DNA of 64,000 nt from a virus. Position 1 is the stretch's first letter; each line of letters begins with the position of its first letter. The DNA is taken from positions 1-64,000 of IMG/VR virus record IMGVR_UViG_3300023719_000001. The stretch is one strand, 5' to 3'. The translations under genes and the position numbers were made by a program. Positions 39,029 to 46,892 of this stretch are shown in pieces. A model generated the notes under the pieces. That model saw nothing but the letters and a program-made list of their open reading frames with translations, was not told where the DNA came from and ran no database searches.

Positions 39029-40505
39029 TTATCCTCCTTGCTTTTCTGGAAAATGCTCCTTAGTTACTGCAACGCAGAACGGTTCGATTTCAGATCCCCA
39101 GATAGCAGTACCATCACCATACGTACTTTCAAAGACAAGCGGAAAGCCACCAATCCCATCGAATAGACTGCCAAGCGTAGGATTTTCACCAATATACGGC
39201 TTCATCTTCTGGCAAATCCAGTACCACTGCGGTAACGCAATCGAATTGCCGAGAGCCTTATAACGAGCTGCGTCAGAAGTCTTGTGCTTCTTCCCATTCT
39301 CATCGATCCAGTCACCGATATCAGTCCATCCGTCAGGGAAACCCTGTAACCGTTCATCCTCCAAAGGAGTCAAGCGGCGAACAATCCATCGTAGATTCTT
39401 AGTTTCCTTCTCTGCAATCAGGTCAGTAGCGTCCTTATAATCACGAGATTTCATCGTGCTGGCGTGTTCGCTTTCCTTGTACTCACCAATGCGCTGCATT
39501 GCAAAGGCTTTCTTTTCAACGACCAGCGGCATATTATTACCGCCCGTTCCCCACTGAGCAGTACAAGTCGGACTTGTATCACCCTGCTGAGTGTATCGAG
39601 CGTCCTGACTGTGACTCTCAAATACCACCGGTGAAATCTTTTGTTTTGAATTATGTAATGATGGATTTTCTACCAAGCAAATTAGCGTCTGGTCTTGCAA
39701 CGTAGAAATCGTTGCGCTCAATTCAGTTTGAACCAGAGCGCCTTTACCTCCGCCTTCACATCCAGAACGGATTTTTAGAGTGTAGGCTGCAGGTTCTGTG
39801 CATCGAGTCGAAGTCTCTCGATGGTCTGACTCCAATACTCGTCCAATTCCTTCTCTTCCAGACCTTCTTGTTCCTTCACTTTCTGCACCACCTGTGACAG
39901 AGTTCCTGGATTCCACCATTCGATCATATCCAGCAACGCTTGCTTCAGGAGTTCGGGCAAAGGTTTTCCACGCCGGGATGCTCTCACAAGAATCCCCTGA
40001 CATGCTCGTGCGCTCAAATAGAATTTCTGAGGCACGTTGTCCTCCAAAATCCATGACAAGCGCGATTCTCTGGCGGCGCTGGGCGACTCCCCAGTATTTA
40101 GCGTCGAACAATCTCCATGCAAGAGACCATCCATTACCGGAAATCGCTCCAGATTTTTCCCACTTTCCGTTCTTTCCTGAAGGTCGAGGAATTGAAACGT
40201 CTGGCTCGACAATGCGTGCAAATCTTTCCAACACACATCTGAAGTCTTCACCTTTGCTTGAGCTGAAAGCTCCTCTGACATTTTCCCAGATTGCGAATTT
40301 TGGATATTCTCCATTAGTGGCCTCCCTCATTTCTGTAATCACACGAATCATTTCAAGGAACAATCCAGAGCGTTCACCAGCCAAACCTTCACGTTTACCG
40401 GCCTGACTCAAATCTTGGCATGGACTGCCTCCTGTGATACAGGAAACCGGTTCAATCTGCCATCCATGAAGTTGTGTAATATCTCCGTAATGCTTCAGTT
40501 TTCAT
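39029..40505 (-). CDS. DNA (cytosine-5)-methyltransferase, circularly permuted; leader ATG at 40505 is out of frame by +1 and an in-frame TGA lies between them
   Basis: hand translation gives HYGDIT (III), GGSPCQDLSQAGKREG (IV), FAIWENV (VI), QRRQRIALV (VIII), TRD SPTCTAQWGTGGNN, RRLTPLEDERLQGFPD (IX), KALGNSIALPQ (X), then C-terminal FDGIGGF (I) + SEIEPFCVAVTKEHFPE; region ~50% GC. Confidence 0.6.
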
Positions 40506-40516
40506 CCCTCCTTTTC

Positions 40517-40537
40517 GTATCCTGTATTATATAGCTA
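40517..40537 (-). promoter_or_regulatory. conserved phage motif copy M5 (GTATCCTGTATTATATAGCTA)
   Basis: immediately upstream of the GGAGGG RBS and ATG of the C5-MTase leader. Confidence 0.4.
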
Positions 40538-40641
40538 AAACTCAGAAAATGAGCGAAAAAATAATAGACGTATCAACGTCATATTATTTCGTCGCCTATA
40601 AAACAAAAGATTTAGCAGATTTTATGTATGCCCTATCGGGC

Positions 40642-40718
40642 TGGTGGGACAGGAGAGATTTGAACTCCCGACCAAGCGGTTATGAGCCGCCAGCTCTGAC
40701 CAACTGAGCTACTATCCC
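40642..40718 (-). tRNA. tRNA-Met (anticodon CAT; elongator Met or Ile2-type), CCA encoded
   Basis: cloverleaf folded by hand: acceptor GGGATAG/CTGTCCC, D-arm GCTC..GAGC, anticodon loop CTCATAA, T-loop TTCAAAT. Confidence 0.8.
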
Positions 40719-40908
40719 ATAAAAACCAGTTAAACAGCTGCAACTATTCAACTGGGCACCTTCCTTATAAAACACTATTGCATCTATATCATATAGACGA
40801 GGAAGGAATAACAGCGATGCACATTTCCTATATCTCGCCCCTTTCGGGGTAGTATTTCGCACAGGCGCGGCCGGGACTGACCGCTTAAAATCCCTACCCA
40901 TACGAAAT

Positions 40909-40983
40909 TGGAGCAGCGAAAGGTAGTCGAAACCTCATCCTCAGCTTGGAAGGCTGATATACTAGCCGTTGTACGACCGCTGC
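40909..40983 (-). tRNA. tRNA-Gly (anticodon TCC), CCA encoded
   Basis: acceptor GCAGCGG/TCGCTGC, anticodon stem-loop TCAGC-CTTCCAA-GCTGA, T-loop TTCGACT. Confidence 0.7.
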
Positions 40984-41089
40984 ATGAGAACCCAGCTTAC
41001 AAAGCACTACTGCACCATCACTGGCGAGCCGGGAATAATAGTGGCAATCAAAGGAGATCAACAAACGGTACGCAACCATTCTATGACCG

Positions 41090-41171
41090 TGGTGCGGATA
41101 GTGGGCATCGAACCCACACGCTAAAGCACCAGAGCCTAAATCTGGCGTGTCTGCCATTCCACCATATCCGC
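41090..41171 (-). tRNA. tRNA-Leu (anticodon TAG), type II, CCA encoded
   Basis: acceptor GCGGATA/TATCCGC, anticodon loop TTTAGGC, long variable arm, T-arm GTGGG-TTCGATG-CCCAC. Confidence 0.8.
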
Positions 41172-41176
41172 ATAAA

Positions 41177-41247
41177 TTGCGCCAACAGGGGTCGAACCTG
41201 TGATGGAGGAGTCAAAGTCCTCTGCCTTACCGCTTGGCGATGGCGCA
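41177..41247 (-). tRNA. tRNA-Gln (anticodon TTG), no encoded CCA
   Basis: U1-A72 acceptor TGCGCCA/TGGCGCA, anticodon loop CTTTGAC, T-arm ACAGG-TTCGACC-CCTGT. Confidence 0.75.
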
Positions 41248-41314
41248 TCATGTACCCAGCTTACTGGAGAATAATCCTACTGCCTTACTATTAAGGAGCT
41301 GGGAATAATAGGAA

Positions 41315-41390
41315 TTGGTCCGAGTGACAGGTCATGATCCTGCGGCCTCATGCTCCCAAAGCACGCGCTCTTCCAACTGAGCTACACCCG
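41315..41390 (-). tRNA. tRNA-Pro (anticodon TGG), CCA encoded; atypical T-loop
   Basis: acceptor CCGGGTG/CACTCGG, D-arm GCTC-AGTTGGAA-GAGC, anticodon loop TTTGGGA; T-loop ATCATGA is unusual. Confidence 0.6.
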
Positions 41391-41397
41391 GATATCA

Positions 41398-41480
41398 GTG
41401 CTACCAGCGGGGGTCGAACCCGCACGTCTTTCGACATCGGTTTTTAAGACCGAAGCGTACTGCCTATTTCGCCATGGTAG
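41398..41480 (-). tRNA. tRNA-Leu (anticodon TAA), type II, no encoded CCA
   Basis: acceptor GCTACCA/TGGTAGC, anticodon stem-loop TCGGT-CTTAAAA-ACCGA, long variable arm, T-arm GCGGG-TTCGACC-CCCGC. Confidence 0.8.
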
Positions 41481-41562
41481 CATATAAAAGCTGTCTGTCC
41501 AGCAGTCAATCGTCTTTCCGATTTGCCAGTTGAGTTTGCCATCCGCTCATCTACACATGAGC

Positions 41563-41646
41563 TGGTAGGGATAGAGGGATTCGGACCCTCACGTCTCTCG
41601 ACACTGGGACTTGAAACCAGCGTGGCTGCCATTTCACCATATCCCC
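41563..41646 (-). tRNA. tRNA-Leu (anticodon CAA), type II, CCA encoded
   Basis: aligns with the Leu(TAG) copy; anticodon loop TTCAAGT, one 31-39 mismatch, G1-U72 wobble. Confidence 0.65.
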
Positions 41647-41712
41647 ATATTGCCGGTCTTTCCCGGCCGTCAGCCCCGCTCAGGGCATTTTCGGAGGAAG
41701 AAAATGTCTTAA

Positions 41713-42381
41713 TTACTCATTACCAAGCGTATCAGCGATATCCTTGAAGTCATTCCACTTGATTTTGACAATTACTCGATTACCTCTGCGGTCTTTCAAC
41801 TCAACCTTTGGACGACCAACCAGACCTTCCATATAAATGTCATCAATCGAAACCGTAGACTTCGGATGTTGACACACAAACTTGATACCGTCTCGAATCG
41901 TCCCTGTAAACAAAATAGGAACTACTTGGATACCAAACATCTGAGCAGTCTTTTCAACCCACTCTCTACTCTGGTAGTTATCACCAATCAGGACATCGAA
42001 CAAGATGAACCACTCATCAGGTCAGTATCCATGACCACATCCTTGAATTTTGCCACCATAACCCTCTCCAAAGAGGATTACTTCTTTATCACCGTAAGTC
42101 TGTTCAAACAATTCCTCTGCTTCAGAAGTACCGAAAATTTCATTTAGTGCATTCAGCAGATTCTTTGGAAGTTCTGCACGTTCAGTTCGTCCGGCAAAGC
42201 TGACTTTATGACCGTCCCAGCAAACACGCACATTCGTGCCATCCACTTTCTCAGTAAATTCCCACTCATTATTTTGTAGGAACTCAATGGTTTCATTACG
42301 AAAATCACCGATAATCAGCTTTTTAGTGCCTTCGATATCACGATTAAACACCGTTTCGATTTTTTCGTAGGTTTTCATCAA
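41713..42381 (-). CDS. Rnl2-like RNA ligase interrupted by a single in-frame TGA (at 42022-42024)
   Basis: motif I EKVDGTN, motif III ILFGEGYGG, then ...GHGY-TGA-PDEWFILFDVLIGD (motif IIIa), motif IV EGLVGRP, motif V IVKIKWNDF; both halves verified by hand to be in the same frame. Confidence 0.6.
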
Positions 42382-42448
42382 AAATCACCTCAAAATTCTA
42401 ACGTATTTTCGTTAATTATTTTAACGAAAATCACGATAAAATGTCTAT

Positions 42449-42832
42449 TTAATTCAACTCTTCCAGCTTCTTCATTAGCTGGTCAACGTCCATATCTTCA
42501 AGTTCCTTGTCCTTCTTCTTTGCAACGATCTTCATAATCTTATCACGTTGCGCCTTCTTCTCTGCGGCGTCCACACGTGCCTCGTACTCGGCCAGCCTGA
42601 CAGAAACGATGTATTTGACTAGCTCAATCTTATTTTCCAGTTCTGTATTTTCGGCGCTCTTAACAGCCAGCAAAGAATCTTCATCTGCGGTTTTCTTTTG
42701 ACGGTTCAGAGTCTTAAAAATCGCATCCAGTGCCTCGACGCTCAGAGCCCACAGATCTTCAACAGTCATAACACCCTTATAGTTGAAGCGATAGCGATTA
42801 CGGGTTGCAATTTCAAACAGATTCTTTTCCAT
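42449..42832 (-). CDS. hypothetical coiled-coil protein
   Basis: 127-aa ORF, Lys/Glu-rich C-terminus. Confidence 0.4.
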   Translation of the reverse strand: MEKNLFEIATRNRYRFNYKGVMTVEDLWALSVEALDAIFKTLNRQKKTADEDSLLAVKSAENTELENKIELVKYIVSVRLAEYEARVDAAEKKAQRDKIMKIVAKKKDKELEDMDVDQLMKKLEELN

Positions 42833-42846
42833 AATTATTTCTCCTT

Positions 42847-44919
42847 TCAGATAACCACTTTCAAAATTCGCTCAGTAGCTCCCTGCACCTTAACAATAAA
42901 GGAATCCTGCTTCGTTTCAGAGAATCCAACGCCGGACAGCTGATCATTTACCGACTGAACTGCCATCTGAGAACCCAGCGCCTCAAATACTCGCTTATGC
43001 TGTAGCAATTCCGCCTTCAGGAATTCGTTGTAAAATCCGTTCGGCTTTTCGGGGTTGACGCAATCCTTGAGCATGAAGAAGTAGTGACGATTGCCATTGC
43101 CGGTCTGTTCGTCCCAGTAGTTCGGAGAGTACATCGCCACAGACACAGGTACGAACTGGTTGGAACTCACACCCCAAATTTCACGGGTGCTGGTAGAACT
43201 GGGAAGCAGTTCCTTGATAGAGAATTTGCCATCCTTCAGAGTGACCTTTGCCACAGCTACATTCTGACCACCATGCAGCGGCTTATCGTAGTTAAACGAG
43301 TAGATGTTGCCATCGAATTCGATTTCAGCACGGAAACCGGTTTTGCCGCCGCGACTAGCGAAGCAGTTTACATAGAAGCTGTACTCGCCTTCCTTCATCT
43401 TTTTGATGTCAGGCCAGGTGATATTCTCGACCGCGGCCTTATAGCGAATGGGACGCATAATATCTACGTCCAGGCGGCCATCAGTACGAGGGTGCCACTT
43501 GCTGCCGAAATAGATGTGATTCTTATCGGGTTCAATGCAATGAGCATCCTCATCATTTTCATCCCACTCGCCCGGCTTATCGTTCCACTGAATAGAGAAA
43601 CGCAGCACGCCATCGACTTTGCCGCCAGCATTCTTGACGTTCTCTCGAATCTGGCTGTCAGTCATGTTACCTGTATACGCCCAACTGAATCCATTTGCCC
43701 ACTTGAACATAGACGGCGCACTCTTATCCTGCGGAGCAACCAGAGACACCATGTTCTTCGAGAACCGATTTTCCATAAACAGTTCCAGACCTGCTGCAGT
43801 AGGCAGAACTTCTTTGACGAACTTTTCAATACCAATTTCTTCTGCGCGGCCGAACTTCTTGGGGTCGGTACCCAGAGACTTTGCCATTGCCTCGAACGGA
43901 TTCGCAGCGCCAAGCACACGAGGAGCGGCATCGCGGTTGCAGAACAGAATGTTGTTGGCAGTAATATCATCCAGAGTGGCGAACCGACGACCCAGACTGT
44001 TCATATAGCCCAGCTCAGTGACGGTTTTCTGTGCATCCTCCAGCATCTTCTTAGTGAAAATTGCCTTTGGACGCTTATAGTTTGCAGGAGCAACAACCTT
44101 CTCAAAGGCAGTGACGGCAGAATCTACATCCATACCTTCGCTCAAATTGATAAGAAGGGTGCCGATAGCGGTGTTACGAATGCGAAGCTGCGCCGCCGTA
44201 GCATACGTAGGGGCAAGCCATACAAAGGCAACCTTTTCGTCAACAGACAGTTTGTCATAACCAATCTTATCGTGCTTAAACTCCTTTACAGACCGCTCAA
44301 ACTCCTTGCCGCGATACAGACTATTCTGTGCAATCAGCTCCAGAACAGTATCAACCGCATCCATAGTCAGTTCTTCCAGAGAACGCTTGAATACATTCGC
44401 CGAATCGCGCCACTGAGCCATCTTAGCAGCTACGTCATCTCCGCTGGTAATGAAACGCTGCGGAATATTAACTGCGAAATGATCCCAAGTATGTACGTCC
44501 TTATGGTTTTCGTCGTACTCGTAGTTCATCACGGTGCCGAACATATCTCCAGAACCGATCATATTGCGACTGACAAAGTACGGATTCACAATGGTACGGC
44601 TCTTCACATAGGCAGCCAGCGCATCAACAACCGGCTGATACTTGGCAGACTTTGCATCGAAATCCCAGATGGAAATCAAATTATAATTCTTATCAAACGC
44701 CACCAGTTTACCGATATTTTTCACAAAACGGCGGCAGCAGGAACAGTCATACTCACGACGCTTTCGGAACAGCTCATTCGTGCCGGCCGGGAAGCTGTCG
44801 AGATACAGATTGTACAGTTCGTCTTCGTCTGCATCGGTGATAAACAGAGGGTTTTCGCTCTTCACCATCTCGTCAAAATGCTCCTGCAGCAGAGTACGGA
44901 ATTCTTTAAAATCAGACAT
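42847..44919 (-). CDS. large hypothetical protein (690 aa; Cys cluster DCSCCRRF), GC-richer than its surroundings
   Basis: long ORF with GGAG RBS and motif M6 upstream; natural amino-acid composition, unlike the 621-aa antisense ORF. Confidence 0.55.
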   Translation of the reverse strand: MSDFKEFRTLLQEHFDEMVKSENPLFITDADEDELYNLYLDSFPAGTNELFRKRREYDCSCCRRFVKNIGKLVAFDKNYNLISIWDFDAKSAKYQPVVDALAAYVKSRTIVNPYFVSRNMIGSGDMFGTVMNYEYDENHKDVHTWDHFAVNIPQRFITSGDDVAAKMAQWRDSANVFKRSLEELTMDAVDTVLELIAQNSLYRGKEFERSVKEFKHDKIGYDKLSVDEKVAFVWLAPTYATAAQLRIRNTAIGTLLINLSEGMDVDSAVTAFEKVVAPANYKRPKAIFTKKMLEDAQKTVTELGYMNSLGRRFATLDDITANNILFCNRDAAPRVLGAANPFEAMAKSLGTDPKKFGRAEEIGIEKFVKEVLPTAAGLELFMENRFSKNMVSLVAPQDKSAPSMFKWANGFSWAYTGNMTDSQIRENVKNAGGKVDGVLRFSIQWNDKPGEWDENDEDAHCIEPDKNHIYFGSKWHPRTDGRLDVDIMRPIRYKAAVENITWPDIKKMKEGEYSFYVNCFASRGGKTGFRAEIEFDGNIYSFNYDKPLHGGQNVAVAKVTLKDGKFSIKELLPSSTSTREIWGVSSNQFVPVSVAMYSPNYWDEQTGNGNRHYFFMLKDCVNPEKPNGFYNEFLKAELLQHKRVFEALGSQMAVQSVNDQLSGVGFSETKQDSFIVKVQGATERILKVVI

Positions 44920-44949
44920 TGTTATTCTCCATTCAAATACTATTTTTAA

Positions 44950-44970
44950 GTATCCTGTATTATATATCTA
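44950..44970 (-). promoter_or_regulatory. conserved phage motif copy M6 (GTATCCTGTATTATATATCTA)
   Basis: ~30 nt upstream of the 690-aa gene start. Confidence 0.4.
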
Positions 44971-45005
44971 ACGTATTAAAATCAAGGAGCCGAAGCCCCC
45001 TGTTT

Positions 45006-45932
45006 TTAATTTTTATGGAAATATTCGACCCAACCTTTGTATCCTTGTCTGAAGCTAATGTAGGCAACCTTGCTACACTTTCTTCCGATAATGTCTGCAA
45101 GAGGGTCTTTACCATTTCCGAAACTAAGTTCTGCAAGATTAAATTCTGGATTATTCTTACAGTAGTCGTAGACCTTCACGTATTCGCCGTTTCTGGTTAG
45201 ATGCCTTCGATCTAAAGCCTTTGAGTGATATCTTTTTTCGAGGATGTTATTCAACCGCATAAAATAGGTATGAATTGTATGCACAGACATCTTTGGGTCA
45301 CTGTCTGCACCGATACTATCCTCGGTTTTACGAATGATGTAATCACCATTCATGACATAGAATGCCCTATACCCTCCCTTATTGGGAGCGTCATACTGTT
45401 TCATTTCATAACACTGCTTAATAATATCCATCAACTTTGCATCAACACCTGTCTTATCAAGAACAGTACAAGATTCAAAATCGACATCGTTAATCGTCAG
45501 GTTAGAAACTTCTTCAGAAGTAAGGCCAATCCAGTACAGTGCAGCAATCACGTTCATACGAATCTGATATGGCTCTTCATACTTATTTAAGAAGTCAACA
45601 AACTCATCAACTGATGCAAAGTATTTATCCGCATACATATTGTCTGCGCTTACATCGCTCTCTGAAAAGTCAGCCAGATCATACATGCTTGTTTTGTTTT
45701 CGCTTTTGATGTAGCCTGTGATTATTGACTTCACATTTTTAAACGAACGACTCGAGTTCACCCAATTATATTTGGCAAACATCTTTACGAAATCATCTTT
45801 TGTGAAGTCAAACAACTCATACCCACGCTCAGCCTCGTAACCCAGAACATGGTTAAGCGTCGATACAACAAACTCACCGCTTCTATCAGAATACTTTTCA
45901 GCAAAAGCTTTGATCTTTTCTTCAGTAAGCAT
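45006..45932 (-). CDS. putative site-specific (tyrosine) recombinase-like protein, weak
   Basis: 308 aa; C-terminal HTIHTYFMRL...RR...VAYISFRQGY weakly resembles box II of the integrase family; hairpin plus T-run follows the stop. Confidence 0.3.
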   Translation of the reverse strand: MLTEEKIKAFAEKYSDRSGEFVVSTLNHVLGYEAERGYELFDFTKDDFVKMFAKYNWVNSSRSFKNVKSIITGYIKSENKTSMYDLADFSESDVSADNMYADKYFASVDEFVDFLNKYEEPYQIRMNVIAALYWIGLTSEEVSNLTINDVDFESCTVLDKTGVDAKLMDIIKQCYEMKQYDAPNKGGYRAFYVMNGDYIIRKTEDSIGADSDPKMSVHTIHTYFMRLNNILEKRYHSKALDRRHLTRNGEYVKVYDYCKNNPEFNLAELSFGNGKDPLADIIGRKCSKVAYISFRQGYKGWVEYFHKN

Positions 45933-45985
45933 AGTGGCACACTCCTTCTTATTATATGTAGTGTACCATTAACCATTATAAAAAA

Positions 45986-46405
45986 TCAAGCAAATGCGGC
46001 AAAATTTTGAAATTCCATGGTATGTTGTACGCCGCTCAGGAATGCTGCGAGTAAAAACGGTTCATCCTTGCATCTTGCCATTGCGATCATATTCATATGA
46101 CGCTCAGACAAGACACCAAGCTTTTTGATGAACTGTCCTTTGTTAAGTGTATCAGTCTCTTCACAAAGAACGATACTATCAACCTCTAGGAAATCGCAGT
46201 CTTCTTTCGAGAGTAGAACATGAACCGGAGAACGCTTGTATATTCTGGAAGACAACGGATTCCCTTTGATTGTGGGACTGAAGAAGTTGCGCTTGTTGTT
46301 GCTTGTCACAACGAACGGTCGAATACCGCGCTGCTGATGACCTGTTGCATTGGACAAATCGACCAACCAAACCTCTCCGACCTTTGGGTCAATATTGTTG
46401 TCCAT
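45986..46405 (-). CDS. MazF/PemK-family endoribonuclease toxin
   Basis: 139 aa; VGEVWLVDLSNATGHQQRGIRPFVVTS and DTLNKGQFIKKLGVLSERHMNMIAMA match the MazF fold signature; no MazE-like ORF directly upstream. Confidence 0.7.
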   Translation of the reverse strand: MDNNIDPKVGEVWLVDLSNATGHQQRGIRPFVVTSNNKRNFFSPTIKGNPLSSRIYKRSPVHVLLSKEDCDFLEVDSIVLCEETDTLNKGQFIKKLGVLSERHMNMIAMARCKDEPFLLAAFLSGVQHTMEFQNFAAFA

Positions 46406-46441
46406 AGTTTTTCTCCTCTATAATAGTGTAGCTCCGTTCCA

Positions 46442-46462
46442 TAGCTATATTATACAGGATAC
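46442..46462 (+). promoter_or_regulatory. conserved phage motif copy M7, inverted orientation (TAGCTATATTATACAGGATAC)
   Basis: lies between the MazF start and the stop of the upstream gene. Confidence 0.4.
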
Positions 46463-46496
46463 CATTTCAGAAGTCAAGAGGTTTTTGAAAATATTT

Positions 46497-46841
46497 TTAG
46501 TGCCCGTACAACTCGGGATTCTCTGATACGAACACGCTTGTGTTATCGAATATCATCTCATACGCTTTCTCTTTATCGCCCGGTCTAAGCTCAATCCTCC
46601 TTGCTTCGTGGCATTCTTGCCGCAGCTCAATATGACTTTCGTTTCCGAAGAAGCCAATGCCTTTAACGATCCCATGTGTCTCTGTTCCAACATCGTTCAT
46701 TTTGTTACAGACCATGTGAACATCTACACCATTGCAAACAAAACAAACCCACACTCTCTTTTTTCTTATGTACTTTAAAAAGTCATCAACTCGTATGACC
46801 TTCAGAACCTTTCTCTCACGCATTAAAACACCGCCCTCCAC
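46497..46841 (-). CDS. hypothetical protein
   Basis: 114-aa ORF preceded by a strong sigma70-like promoter. Confidence 0.4.
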   Translation of the reverse strand: MEGGVLMRERKVLKVIRVDDFLKYIRKKRVWVCFVCNGVDVHMVCNKMNDVGTETHGIVKGIGFFGNESHIELRQECHEARRIELRPGDKEKAYEMIFDNTSVFVSENPELYGH

Positions 46842-46864
46842 TCATTTAGACAACTTTCAAGATA

Positions 46865-46892
46865 TATTATACACATCTTTTTGTTTTAGTCA
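46865..46892 (-). promoter_or_regulatory. sigma70-type promoter (-35 TTGACT, 16-nt spacer, -10 TATAAT) within a duplicated TATATTATACA(C)ATCTTTTTGTT element
   Basis: read on the minus strand ~20 nt upstream of the gene start at 46841; second partial copy at 46893-46915. Confidence 0.5.

Noticed and set aside
39798-40406. 202-aa plus-strand ORF inside the C5-MTase region
   Set aside because: GC-rich region leaves all frames open; the protein reads Ser/Pro/Arg-rich with no motifs, so it is treated as a shadow ORF.
40720-40908. Additional tRNA between tRNA-Met and tRNA-Gly
   Set aside because: The region has hairpins (CCCCtttCGGGG; GCGCGGCCGGG…) but no acceptor/T-arm combination I could fold; left unannotated.
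41563-41646. Possible opal-suppressor (TCA anticodon) reading of the last tRNA, which would explain the TGA in the RNA ligase
   Set aside because: Shifting the anticodon loop to expose TCA destroys the anticodon-stem pairing. The consistent fold gives CAA (Leu), paralogous to the Leu-TAG copy.
43084-44949. 621-aa plus-strand ORF
   Set aside because: It is antisense to the 690-aa minus-strand gene and has typical antisense composition (Leu/Ile/Arg/His-rich, low complexity) with no RBS or start context. Its openness reflects the GC-rich sense gene.
21497-46462. Calling the 21-bp motif a T7-like single-subunit RNAP promoter
   Set aside because: No phage RNA polymerase gene is visible in this window, and the motif contains a sigma70-like TATAAT. 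It is kept as a generic regulatory motif only.
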